Part shown: positions 1-13,133 of the stretch, piece after piece
Position numbering within the stretch: position 1 is the first letter of the stretch
How the letters are laid out: every line of letters starts with the position of its first letter
DNA from: Ascidiella aspersa
Lineage: Eukaryota
Assembly: GCA_963924565.1 (NCBI GenBank)
Contig: OZ004610.1
Coordinates: 10,230,001-10,294,000, forward strand
Length of the DNA: 64,000 nt
Direction of reading: 5' to 3'
Translations under genes and position numbers: made by a program
The notes under the pieces: generated by a model
What the model was told of the DNA's origin: nothing
Seen by the model: the letters and a program-made list of their open reading frames with translations, nothing else
Databases searched by the model: none

Positions 1-57
1 TTAATAAATTTTACAACCTTGTATAAAGTGAAAATTGTTGCACAACTAACAACTGAC

Positions 58-3000
58 ATGGGTCGTTCCAGAAGGAAATATGATGATAGTCAAGATGCTA
101 AACATGGTTTGTAATTTTTATAAGGTTATTGAGATTTAAAAAAACTATTCAATTAAAATTGTTTTATATTAGATAATAATTCAAATCAAACAATTCTTCC
201 AAGTAAAAGACACAAATCCCTCAAAAAGAAGATAAATCCTGCGCAGCCGCGAAAACTTACCAAAAAACAAAAGAAAAAATTGGAAAAAGTCCTTGAGAGT
301 AAGAAAAAGAAGCAAAAGGTATGTATCATTGTGTGGTTGTATTTTTAAGGAAGGCAGTTAGCTACATTACATTCCTAAAAAAATTTAATTACCCATAATA
401 ATAAATTCCCTTCTTTTTTTTCCTAATTACCCATGAATTAACAAATCAACTGAAATAAACCTTGCTAGAACAGAGCCTTTATGTTTAGCGGTCAGAACTT
501 TTGTCTCGCCTTTCAACTGTCCAAGTTACAGCAACCGAACTTGCATTGATGGACAGTGTGGCTCACATTGGCACTAAAAACTCGAAACTTAGCACTTTGT
601 CAAAGCGGCCTTTGCCAATGGCGCTGACTGAAGCGATTAAATCTCCACAAGATCTTACACATTATCCTCTAAACAGCATTAAAGTCCCAAAGGGAAAAGG
701 CAAAAGAAGAAAATTATCAAAGGTTGGCATTTTTTGTTTATTTTTTAAAAGAGCTCTAATAATATCAACACCATTTAGAAAAAAAAGCATATAAACAAAA
801 TTGATCAAAATGCTACTCCAGAAAATACCGATAATAGTAATGGTGAAGACGATGATAGCAGTTTAACTTCAGCAAGTGACGAAGAATGCGAGAAAGGTAT
901 GATCACTTCGTTTTTGTCAAAAGATTAAAATATTTGGATTTTTACACAGAAAAGGTTACTGTCTAGCAGTGTTTCCTCTCATTTTACCGCATGGCCAGGT
1001 GTCTAACATTTTTGTTACACATGGCTCAGTAATTCAAAGTATGGTAGAACATTACACAGAGAGTGTTTTTTGTATTTTTCGTATACAGAACAAACAAAGA
1101 TAATTGAACCAACTTTGATCGAAGAAAAAGATACAACTGTCAAACCAATTGTTGGTGTATCTCAAAATAATAATCCTTTTGAAAGTTCAACAGAAAATAT
1201 TAAAACAAAACCAACCATTTGTGGTAAGTTTGGTTATATTTACTTTAGCCTTTTTAAAACTGATGGTTACATTTTTTTAAAGTATATAAAAGTCACTCAT
1301 TGTATGATCTTATTTTTTATTTTAGATATGCCAACAACAAACAAGGACCAAAGTATTTCCAAATCTGTAACATATGTTCACCTTGACAGAAGCCAAAAAA
1401 TCCAGGTTTTTACCATGTGTTTGTAAATGCAAGTTGTTTTATTCTGTTTAATAACCTAACCGTTCAACAAGGTATCCAGACTGGCCTTACCAATCATTGC
1501 AGAAGAGCAAGTTATTATGGAAGTTATAACAGCTAATTCAATTGTGATTGTTTGTGGTGAAACAGGATCAGGAAAGACAACACAAGTTCCACAATTTCTG
1601 TATGAAGCAGGCTATGCAATGTAGGTTCAATTTAGACAACTTTTGATGTACATGTGCTTGTTGTTGTACCAATAAGTACTTTATATTTGGAATTGGTAAA
1701 CCAATACTTCAGGGCCGGAATGATTGGAATAACAGAACCACGTCGAGTAGCTGCTGTTAGCATGTCCAAGCGTGTGGCAAAGGAGATGAATTTACCAGAA
1801 GCAAAAGTTTCATATCACATAAGGTATAATAATAAATTTCAAAGCCAAAAAGGTCGAGTAGATCGACAGCATCTTGATTAAGACGTGTCGATACGAACTT
1901 GTATCATCTTCAGTTAGTGATCAAAATGCTGTCGATCTACTCTACCTTTTTGGCTTTGAAATTTATTAAGCTACATTACAGATCCGTGCATAGTGTACCC
2001 AAACACATAGAGTATATATTTCAAAAAATATAAATTGTATGATTTTTTCAACTTATTTTATTGTTTATTTATTAAACAAAGTGTACATTTTAATTTAACT
2101 TTTGGTCCATGTAGGTATGAGAACAATGTAACTAAGGACACCCAAGTAAAGTTTATGACTGATGGTGTGTTGACTCGCGAAATGAAAGAAGATTTCCTTC
2201 TGACAAAGTATTCAGTAATTATTCTTGATGAAGCTCACGAAAGAACAGCAAACACTGATGTCTTAATTGGTCTGCTTTCCCGGATTGTTCCTCTCAGAGA
2301 AAAGGTTAAACCTTACTATAAAGTTGTATTTTATTATTTTTTAATGCTATTTAAGGTATGGTATGGTATTAGAGAACAACACACACTACCAGTTATGTTA
2401 CATTTTGTCATCCTGTAATCTGTTTCTAAAGATTTTTATGCAACTAAATTGAAGTTGACAATTTTTTGAGCGTTTACATTGATTTTAAGTTTTAACAACT
2501 ATCTACTTGTTTTACTTTTAACTCCTTTTTAAAAATTTATAATATTTTTCCAGAAAGGAAATCCACTGAAGCTTATTATTATGTCTGCCACATTGAGGAT
2601 TGAGGACTTTACAGAAAACCAACGTTTATTTAAAAAAGCTCCTCCGCTTTGCAAGGTGTTGTTGTACATTCCTTATAAATTTTTAATTTATTTGTTTTGT
2701 TTCCTTTATCTGTTAGTCAATCCATACAACAGGTAGACTTGTGATACATTCTTTTTTTATTTCTGTATCCACAGATAGATGTTCGGCAGTTTCCTGTCAC
2801 TATACATTTCAACAAAAAAACTCCAACCGATGATCCAGATGACAAACATCATTGTCCATATCTAAGTGAAACTTACAACAAGGTATAAGGGATTTCAGTA
2901 ATACCAATAAAAAATTACAATCTATTTTAGGTCATAACTAGGTACTAAGTAGTTCCTAGTTTAATAACTCTTCCTATTTGGTATGACTTTTGTGTTAAAC

Positions 3001-6000
3001 CAGTTATTAAATCTTACAGGTGTTAAGGTGTGTTTAGTTTTCAATATAACCTCTTAGAACAGAAATTTCCTTAGCTTATTAACTTTTTTTAGATATGTAA
3101 AATTCACCGCACTCTTCCATCTGGAGGTATTTTGGTGTTTGTAACTGGAAAACAAGAAATATACGCTCTTATCAGAAAACTGAGTAATACCTTTCCATCA
3201 AAACCTGTGGAGGAACGAAAAGCAAATATGGATGACCAATCTGACAGTAATTAAATTTCTTATAAACGTTATATAAGAAACAATTGATACACTTCACATT
3301 AAAGAAAACTGTATTATATTTTTAAAATAGTTGCAAAATTTAGTGTTACTCTTGTAGTTTTTGACATGCCAAACATTGACCTCAACAAATATGCAACAAA
3401 GCCACAAGTTGAATATGAAAAGGAAGAGTACCATAGTACTAAAGAATTACAAGCTTCTGATGATGAAGGAGATTCTGATCCTGAAATTTTCCTGGTTAGT
3501 TTTGGTAGTTCTCTTTGATTTTCGCCTCATCTGCCATATTTAAATATTAACTTGTTCACCATTAACTAATATATGTACTGTTTTTTTAAGGATGACTCGA
3601 TTCAAAAGGATTTTGATTTGTCTCTACCCCTGCATATTTTACCACTGTATTCTCTACTGCCACCTAGCAAACAAAAATTAGTCTTTGATGAGCCTCCAGA
3701 GGGCTGCAGGTAATAATGGCTGCTTATAATTAGGCAAAAATATTTCACAAAACAAAATATATGTGTATCTGCAAGTAAGGTTTTGTATTTTGATGGAAAA
3801 TAGGTATACGAACATTTATCCATGAACACTGTAATCCTCATTTATACTTATGTTTGTTTTTTTATGTTCATGTTATTTTTGCAAAGGTTATGCGTTATTG
3901 CAACAAATGTTGCAGAGACTTCTCTCACAATTCCTGGAGTTAAATACGTTGTGGATTGTGGAAAAGTGAAAAAGAGAGTTTATGACAAAGTAAGTCGAAA
4001 CAGCCTTTTTAAGAAATTAAACTGTTTACGGCAAAACTATTACACGATGTTTGTGCTGTAATGAAGCATGTCGATATGTTTAAGTCACCAACCGGTGGAT
4101 GGCTTTCCAGTTGGTATACAGGTAATTTACTAAATTTATGTAGAGTCAAAGAGAATAAAAATTAAAAACAATTGTATATTAAAACTAGGCATTACGTAAT
4201 ATAGTTGCTGTTGTAAGTTGGGCTCACTTCAATATTAAATCCACCCAAAAGTTGCATCTTCTTAGGGCTGGAAACAAATAATTGCGTATTGCGTTAGTCC
4301 ACTCATCTGTATTTTAGATCAACTATTTTGAGCTAAATATATTATTCCGAAGCCAGCTATGGTAAGCAGTGGTAGAAAATTTCCACTTTGTGTGTTGTGT
4401 TGCTCAGGTTACTGGGATTTCTTCGTTCCAAGTTTCGTGGATATCAAAAGCGTCAGCCGATCAACGAGCAGGGCGTGCAGGCCGAACTGATTCTGGTCAC
4501 GCGTATCGACTTTACTCATCTGCTGTTTTTCAAGACTTCGCCGATCACGACTTGCCTGAAATAGCACAAAAACCTGTCGCTGGCCTTGTTTTGCAGGTTG
4601 AGTTCTTTTTAGTTTTGCTGGATTGCAGATCATACATTATATTTTCCTACTTTTTAGGATTGTCTGTTTTGGTTTGCCTATAAGTTTTTCAGAAACGTAT
4701 TTTTTCTTTTTTAGAAACGTATATTTATTGAATTAATGAAACAAGTGCTACTAACATTTGTTAAAAACTCCAAGTAACATACGTTTTAAAGGCGTACGTT
4801 TCCGTCTTAAAATATTGTCACTTTCCCAACAAGTTAGCGGCAATCTGTAGTATGGTAATATGTGGAGTCAATAATATTAAACAATTTACGGCGGTTACTC
4901 AGGCTCACTCATTGTCATACCTACCCTTTAAAATAAGTATATTTTAGCAGATTTTGATTTCGTTGTCTTTTAAGTAATACCAACAAAATAATATTGACAA
5001 ATGCTTTAAATTTCTGCTGTTTCTGCGCGCAGATGAAATCGATGCACATTGACCGCGTGGTGAACTTTCCTTTCCCCACGCCACCGTCACGTGACGCGCT
5101 AGAGGGCGCTGAGAATCTTCTCATTTCTCTTGGAACGATCGAACCTCCGCCGAAGAAGGCCACTCTCAAGGAAATTAAGCTAGGCACGTTACCATGATTA
5201 TAAGTTTTGAAAATCAGATACTCATTAACTCGTTCCAGTAGCCCCCTAAAAAATTGTATTATTAAAAGGCGAATGTCCTATCTGTTACCTGATGCTATTG
5301 TCAGGTAGATTTAATCAAGTTGTGTTGAGAAGATATATTGCTTTAATGTTTTTGGGAATTTTCTTCGACCCCAGGCCTTGACCTTGCCCTCTAACTTATT
5401 TTTGCCCAACTTTACCTATAATAAAATCGTTCACGCTTTGCACGAATCTTATTTTACATTCTGGTAAATTTACTTCTATTCCAATGATTTAGTTTAGCTC
5501 TTTTTCTAGACAAAACGGTCAGAGGGGCACTCCTAAAATCTTACACAACAATATTGTTGTAACTAAAACGTTCAACGTTTTGTTCTGCTGAAATTTATTT
5601 TAAGTGCTATTAAGTATTTTTTTTAACTTTCGCAGCAAAGTTCAGCGGAAAAATTACAGAACTGGGAAAGCTTGTAGCCGCCTTTCCCGTCCACCCACGC
5701 TTCGGCAAGATGATTGCTCTGGCCGTACAGAAATCACATCAGAATGACGTCATTCCCTACGTCATTACTGTTGTCGCTGCGTTGACTGTTCGGGTGCGTT
5801 TCAAATTGTGTTGTTTCGACTTTACAAAGTTTTCTTGCGGTTATAAACCGCTGTAGTGTTTTGTTTATCAATCGCCATTTTTGTTACAGGAACTCTTTGT
5901 ATCGACTTCTACCACCAGTGACTCCAACAACAACAAGGTAGGGCTTGCTGTTTCTTAAACCACAGACGATTTAATGGCAGTAACATGCAAAGAATATTAA

Positions 6001-9000
6001 AAGTCGTAATACTGGAAAAAAGTATTTTCCGAAAAGTGGCATATATAATTTTGTTTTGTCCATCTTAACAAAAAATATACATTTATTGTCATCCTCTTTA
6101 GATAGAGTATACATAAATGTCAAAAGTGTTCCCGAATGCTCCAAATGTATTTGGCCATATAAGACTGTCTATCTCAGTGGTCTCAACCTTTTTTATTTCG
6201 TGGCCCATTTACGTTGCAAAAAAATTCTGTATATGAAAGGAAAAACTGTAAAATAGGTCAAAAACCAAAAACAGCAGAACATATTTCAAAGCAGATTATT
6301 TAGTCAACCGTGCATTAGTAAGATGCTTGCGGCTGAACTATAAATATAAATTCCTTTTAAATTCCTCCCCAAGCCATTATTCCTGAAAAAAAATATAGTG
6401 ACACAAATCAAACTAAATCTAACTTTTTTAAATTGGTCTGTGGTTATGGCCCACCAATGAGCCATGGCCCACTGGTTGATAACCGCTGGTGTATCTCTTC
6501 CCATCGGTCGCGACCCATTATTGGCTCGCTGTTTAAATTGGTTGGTTTGCCGACTGCAGTAATTCTATATAGTTAGGTTTATTAAGATAGGTTTTGGGAA
6601 AGATTTCGTTAAAATAAGCAAAAATTGCGGAAGTAGATCGAGGACTTGTGTAAAATTCGAACATATTACTACTATTTTATTATGTGTTGTTAACTTACGA
6701 AACTTTAGTGTAGAGAATTGGGTCGCCAAAGCTTCGCTGTTACACTCACGTCGCCGCTAAAAATGGTTGAAAAACACTGGTATAAGAAAAATGACTTTGG
6801 GTCATCTACTTCAATTTTCGTTTTATCAATAGCAACGTCCAGCGACGTTTGTAGTTTAACTGAAGTCGTATAGTAGCTACGCACACCTTACGCATGCTTT
6901 TTCATCCACCAACAACGCTGTTCTGTTTTTGCTAGGAGGAAGTTCGTCACGTGGCCGCCCGTCTTCACCACTTGAAGGTGCTGTGGAGCACGGTGGGCGG
7001 TGGCGCGCAACGAAAGGCGTTCGGCGACCTCATGGTTTACCTGGGCGCTGTCGGTGCAGCCGAGTACAGCGGCGGTTCTGCCAGCTACTGCGCCTCCAAC
7101 TGCATAAGGTAAGCATTTCCAGCCTTAACCTGTATTTAATAGAGTATGTAGGCAAATGCGAAAGAAGCCTATCGGGCGTGCGGTTTCTTTGTGCGGTAAA
7201 CACGAGATCCTGCATTTCTCCGCTTGTGTTTGTTTGTGACATAACGCTACTTTTATGAGCAAAAAGTGCATTTTACTTAATTTGTTTCTTCACGTGGAAC
7301 ATAATGCTTCGTCATCTTGACTGTCTGTGATCTACATTGTGTAATCACAATTTTCAAAAATATGTTATTACTAATTATAAGCATGTTCAACGAATGTCCA
7401 CTTTTGCACAACATATGTACGACTTATGTGTTTCAAGCAAAGTTTTATCAGCTTAATCACTTTATGTAGACCAAAAGCATTGCTGGAAATTCGCAAACTT
7501 CGATCCCAGCTAACCAACACCCTGAATTGCGCAATGCCGGAGTGTGACTGCTGCATGGATCCCAAGATGTCACCGCCGAGTGAAGATCAGGTACTTAAAA
7601 CACAAATCACACTGACAAGGAGTTCGCGTGCCTACGGAAAACGTTTTGCTGAGTCAGTTGGCTTAATTAGAAATGTAGTACAACGCCCTAGTCTGAAGTA
7701 CAAAATGCAGTAGGTAGACTATCGTCGTTTCTCAACCAGCTCCACTAAGTCTGTAGAGCATCGGTCACGGTGTGGTCGATGTCGTGATTTCGAAACTCAC
7801 TGCTTTTTATTTGTTTCATGCTCACAAGTTTATTTGTTTCTTACACTACAGTCCTGTTTAGGCCAACCTATTTTGGAAATTGATTCTCCCAAGGCACCCA
7901 GTGAATTATTTTGTGTATGTCGTAATTGTTGGTCAGCACTACTTCTACAGGACTCAATAACCATATTTATCACGTGGATTTCATGGCTTAGTTGTTAGTT
8001 TATATGTAACATCTTAGAAATGTATTCACTGAATATTATTCAGTGTAAAGTTGCTCTGGTTTCATGGTTTCTTTAACATAAAGTGGTGCAACACGTAGTA
8101 CGTTAGTTAGTTCTGGGAATACAAAAATAAGTGTTTTTACTATCTTATTAATTTTGAATGTTTTTTAACTCAGCGTGAAATACTTTCGTTGCACAATACA
8201 TGAGCTGTTTAAACGCCAGTACGTCATGTATTGGTTCCCCGAACGAAACCCAATCCAGGTTGTGCTTTATAGTGAAAACGTGTCGCCTCGTGCTAGTGCA
8301 TTTCTTGCGCACTTAAACCTTATTACTGCCAATTTGTCAGATCAAGTTGCTGCGTCAAATTGTCCTTTCCGCGCTTGGAGATCAAGTCGCTCGACTCTTG
8401 CCAAAGGAAAGTCTTCCCGTCGAACAAGCGAAGCAGATGAAGGGCGCGTATCAATGGTCGGTTGCAATTTTTTTTATTATCTATTGTCATGAGCCTTTTA
8501 TGTACTAAACTATTTATAGCTGCAAAGCTACTTCTCTAATGCCCCATAATAAGGTAGGAACAAACCTAACAAATTTAACTCCACTCTAGATGACTTTTAG
8601 TTTATTCACGTTATTCACCACCACTTGTGTTTTACCGTTATATAATACCTACTAACCTACTTACATAACACAATTAATGACTTATAAATCGCAATTTCAT
8701 GAATTTAATTTTGTCTATGTCAGCAGTGAAGATAGTGAAACACATGCTCCTATTTAAATCCCAATCGTAATCTTTGTTATTGTAGCCTCCTATCGGACGA
8801 ACCCGTGTTCATTCATCCGGAATCGGTGCTGTCACGTGACCCTCTGCCCGCCTTCGTCACTTTCCACGAAATTGTTAAAACAGAATCGACTAAGAAACGA
8901 GCGTACATGCGAGGTATAAAACTAAACAAATATCGACTTCTCGCCAACAGTATGTATTTTTACTTGCTCAATATTGATCGTTTTTAGTACTTACCAATTG

Positions 9001-12000
9001 CATCTAGTGAAAATGCAAATGGGTAAATAAAGCCAATCTATAACAAAGCTACCCGATCTGTTGGAAACACAGTTTGGGGACGGTGACAAAATAACAAACA
9101 ACACTACGCTACGATGTTTCGACCTCCAACCTAAATATATTTTCACTTTACGAAGTAGCGATCTTTTGATTGTTCATTCACGTTACTGCTAGTATTTCTT
9201 GTCATCAATAAAGTTAATGCTTTGATATAATACTTAAGTCGAAATTAAAAGAATTATTTTTGATTGGTTTGTGTCCAAAATTGCGGCAGACAAGAATTCC
9301 TGTGAACACTCTATATCTATTGACAAATAACGAGATCGCGGCCAAATACTAAATTGAAGTCGTAAAAATCTTAATTTTAAACCAAATTTTGTTATTCAAG
9401 TAATGCCGCTGATTACCCAGCTGTGATCTATTTTCAACAAGTACACCGAAAGCCTTTGCAGACTCACCGAATCTGTTGATCTATGATGCAAGCAGAGCAG
9501 ACTAGAAAAACAACTAGCCTGCAGTGAGGTTCGAACTCACGACCTCCGGTCAAGCCGGGACCGTCGCTCTACCAACTGAGCTATGCAGGCTCAGAAGGGA
9601 ACGAGTCGAGAAACAACCATGCGCCAATGCTGGCTCAATCTGTTAGTACAAGCAACCTCATTGAAGGGGATCCACAGTACCATATCATTTGTTCAATGAA
9701 ACATTCACAGATAATGTGTGTTAATAACTGAGATCTAGCCCTTCGAAGCTGCTATGGTACTGTGGATACACTATTTTCAACAACTGATCATTTTTCAGAC
9801 GTAACCGAAATCGAGTCGACCTGGCTCGCAACCCTATGTCCGCAGTACTGTTCCTTCTCCAATCCTCTCGCGTCGCCCGAACCTTTTTACAACCCCTCAA
9901 CCGATGACGTCATGTGCCACGTCACGGCGACGTACGGGCGGCTGGCTTGGAAACTTGGCGAGGTGGAAGTTGCTTATCCCCCAGGGTTGGATCGGTAAGT
10001 GAGACGTTTGCATCTCAGGCCAAAGAAACTCGCTTTGCTTTTTGAACCTTGCTTTTGAGTATATAAAGTCTTACAGATGAAATGCATTTCAATCCTTAAG
10101 AAACTTATCGCACAACGCGTAAGCGACTCGAAATTGTTCGTGTGAAGGCAATTTTGAAATTTCTGGCCATTTCTCGTCGGTTTAATTTAAATTTTCCTTA
10201 CTTATGTTCCCTAGTTTTTTTATTGTATTAATCGGAATTAAACCTACTGTTTCCATGTCACTTTTTTAAACATATTTTATTTTCTTCTATAGGTGGTGGA
10301 TACTTAAAAATGAAACTATTGCGTTTTTTAAGGTCTCTTTCATTAGATAAACAGATCATTCTGAATCATCTCATGTTTGTTTAGATTTCGTTGGTTTGCG
10401 CGATTTCTACTTGAGGGAAAAGTGTCTAAGCAGCTGGAACGTTTTGTCTCCTCTCTACTTTCACGGCCAGCTACCATGGTGAAGTCATGGGCCAAGTAGG
10501 TGCTTTTATTTGTTGATCATCGTCGCTATTTTACCCTCACAATTTATCATAAACACTTCCTAAAAATCTAAATGTCTTTGTTAAACTATTGTTGTTTTTA
10601 ACCGGTAGAATTTAGTTTTGTTTTAATAAATAGTCAGTAAATGTTTATGTAAAGAGTAAATAACATTCAAATGTAAACCGAATGCCTTCAGAAAGTCAAT
10701 TACCGAAACCAGTTGGCCTAATCAGATTTGTATTGCAAGTAAAGCAAAGCAAGATTAGGAAACACCATGCTCGTAAACAGAATTAGATTGAAATATATAC
10801 TTAAGTGAATTCCATGACCAAGTTACATTGGAATGTAATAATATTTAATTACAAAATGTATATACAGCAATACATAGTAAGAGAAAGTTAACTACTTTTA
10901 GTTTCTAATAAAAAATAATAATACCACCAAAATATATTCTTGACAAGATTGTTTTAAAAGTGGCAACCAAACAAATGAACGTATTTTTGCAAATCAACAA
11001 ACTTTCTTGTCAATTTACAGTTTGCAACCACGCACTGAAGTAATGCTTCTGGGTCTACGCAACAAGAACGTTGATTCCAAACAAAAGTTGATCAGCGTTT
11101 GGAAGACTGAGCCATCCTGTAAGTCATCGTGCCCTAAAGCAGTGATTCTCAACCTTTTATGGTTTATGGCACCCCTCAATAATAATTAATATTTTTTCGG
11201 CACTCCGACTGAAATTTTCGTTGAGTATTTTACTGAAATGTCACTATAAATGGGACTGAATCAACACAATTAACGTAAAACATGTAGGTAATGTCATTTG
11301 ATATAATGGTCTCTAATCGTACACAAATAGTTATATCAAGAAGCTTATTAATGGAGCAGAAATCAGATTCCTGAAAATTCTCAAATACCTATCCGCACCC
11401 TTAAGCATTAGAAATGGCTCCTCGGCACCACGATTGAAAACCTCTGATCTAAAGGATAAAACTAGTTAATACCAGTGTCGAATGTATTAGAATTCTGGCG
11501 ACTTTTACAAAATAAATAACAGTCCTACCGAAGTATCTAACATTAAAAAATAGTGCCGAGATTTGAGCAACGTTTTACAAGGTTTATCTTTAACTGTTTA
11601 AATTAGTAACAGTAGAAACCCTTGTGTGTTAAGTTGTTTATTTTTATTTGTTCAGTAAACCTTGGTTATGAATGAAAATATGAGGTCTATTTCTCCCCCA
11701 ACATACAAAATGAGGTCATCTGTTTACCACATTCTCCCTTTGTTAGGGTTGTTGCCGCAGCATAAATAAGTACTGCTTCATTTATAGATTTATAGAAGAC
11801 CATTTCTCCCCGTTAATTGGCATTCAATTTAAAACCGCAGGGCTTTTTATCTCTGTCCTGCAAAGGAGCGTTGGCGTAAATAGAACGCTTTGTTTTCACC
11901 AACGCAGGGCTTTTTTATATATGTCCTGCAAAGGAGCGTTGGCGTAAATAGAACGCTTTGTTTTCACTAATTGACCTTTTGCTATATTGAAGTCTTGTTT

Positions 12001-12214
12001 TTGTTCCTGGCGATCTGTCAAGCAAAACTAAAATCCAACCGACTGTCCTCATAATTTCGCACCTTATTTGTATGCATTATGCATAACAGTGTGTGACCCC
12101 ACCTGCCCACCTTATTTGGGACTTTAAATTGCAGATTTGCGTTCGGCCTATCTCCAGTGGTTGCCTAATTCGATTCACGAAAAGGCGACTGCAATTTGGC
12201 CACCCTCCGACTGA
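58..12214 (+). CDS. DHX37: DEAH-box RNA helicase DHX37 (Dhr1 orthologue), multi-exon, complete
   Basis: ATG at 58 gives MGRSRRKY...[22 protein letters not shown]|RSELLSRL, a DHX37-type N-terminus. Helicase motifs lie in successive GT-AG exons: GETGSGKT (~1556-1579), [17 protein letters not shown] (~2220-2245), [25 protein letters not shown] (~4462), then VNFPFPTPP and FIHPESVL. The last exon 12135-12214 ([26 protein letters not shown]) resembles the DHX37 C-terminus and is phase-compatible with the exon ending at ~11118. Confidence 0.93.
1830..2000. mobile_element. Fold-back (palindromic) MITE-like repeat, copy A, in a DHX37 intron
   Basis: 43-bp inverted repeat at 1830-1872 / 1926-1968 (one mismatch), followed by the tail TACATTACAGATCCGTGCATAGTGTACC. 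Homologous to 29552-29752. Confidence 0.8.
6165..6779. mobile_element. Nested hAT-type MITEs (outer 6165-6779, inner 6175-6488)
   Basis: Inner element: CAGTGGTCTCAACC...GGTTGATAACCGCTG with TSD GTCTATCT/GTGTATCT. Outer element ends GGTTGAAAAACACTG, has TSD ATATAAGA/GTATAAGA and an internal GGTCGCGACCC like the element at 51106-51418. Confidence 0.75.
9439..9660 (-). mobile_element. Dispersed repeat with internal tRNA-like core (core 9517-9590), copy 1
   Basis: The minus strand reads GCCTGCA TAGCTCAGTTGGTAGAGC ... GTGAGTTCGAACCTCAC TGCAGGC (A/B boxes; acceptor, D and T stems), followed by a T5 run. The anticodon arm is non-canonical. Flanks are homologous to copies at ~49525 and ~62965. Confidence 0.8.
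11140..11446. mobile_element. hAT-type MITE
   Basis: CAGTGATTCTCAACC...GATTGAAAACCTCTG with degenerate TSD CCCTAAAG/ATCTAAAG. The interior (AAATCAGATTC..AGCATTAGAAAT) is shared with 52849-53156. Confidence 0.7.
11836..11968. repeat. Tandem duplication of about 65 bp in the last DHX37 intron
   Basis: CGCAGGGCTTTTT..TGTCCTGCAAAGGAGCGTTGGCGTAAATAGAACGCTTTGTTTTCAC occurs at 11836-11899 and 11903-11968. Confidence 0.9.
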
Positions 12215-13133
12215 CAACGGACGACCTTTGAAACATGTAGCAGGGAATCGACGAACGGCGTGCTTGTGATGTTCTAGGACGCCTTGCAAGCGGGCCTGGA
12301 CTGTTACAAATCGCATTTCATGACTGTCGAAATGCAAAAGCCGCACTTAGCGGCGTCCGGGATTTGCTTTTGCGGAAGCCTGAAACCAAATCGTATTAAT
12401 ATTGGTGTTAAATGCGGCATAAATAACCAGTTTGGTGAATTGCATAGGCATATTTTGTGCAAATGATCTCTAAACTTAGTCAGACAATATAAAGTACATT
12501 TTTCGCACAGTTACTTTGTAGCCCGCTGTAGCCAAAACGGTTAGAGACGTAAAAATATGATATTTTACTCATTTGTACCTCATTGGTTAAAATCGAAATA
12601 AACCATTACATGTGAATGCAAACTATTTTTGTGGCTGTTCTGTTGTTAGCTTGAACTACAAGTCGTCTCAATTCTAGAAAATTACAATTATCCAAACATT
12701 TTGTATTTTGTAAATGGGCGGAGCACTACTACAAGAATCTTTGAGCTTAAACAGGATTTTTGAAAGAAAACCTACAAATTGACACGTAAAGCAAGTGTTT
12801 AAATTTAGATTTTGAGAAGATAGTTGAGATATAATTTACTTTATGGACAACTCAAGTTGATGAAATTGAGGTAAAAGTGCAACACAATAATTTACGCAGA
12901 CAGAGAACTCGTTGTTTTACTACTATATAACTTTACGGTCGAAAATTTATCTATTTGAGAATTGAAAAGGTCAACGGTAATAGTACTTCTTCCATGAACC
13001 ATATAACAGAACTTTCAGGAAACATAGACTTCGCATGTATGGTGCTAGACACCACCAGTACAGGCGGCAACATTTCTGCGGAACTCACGTAGCGCAAGAC
13101 TGGTAAGAAAAAGTGCAAAATGGCAGAAGTTGT

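Noticed and set aside
9517-9590. Functional tRNA genes at 9517, 49599 and 63043
   Set aside because: There is no 5-bp stem with a 7-nt anticodon loop, and the anticodon region differs between copies. Treated as tRNA-like repeat cores.
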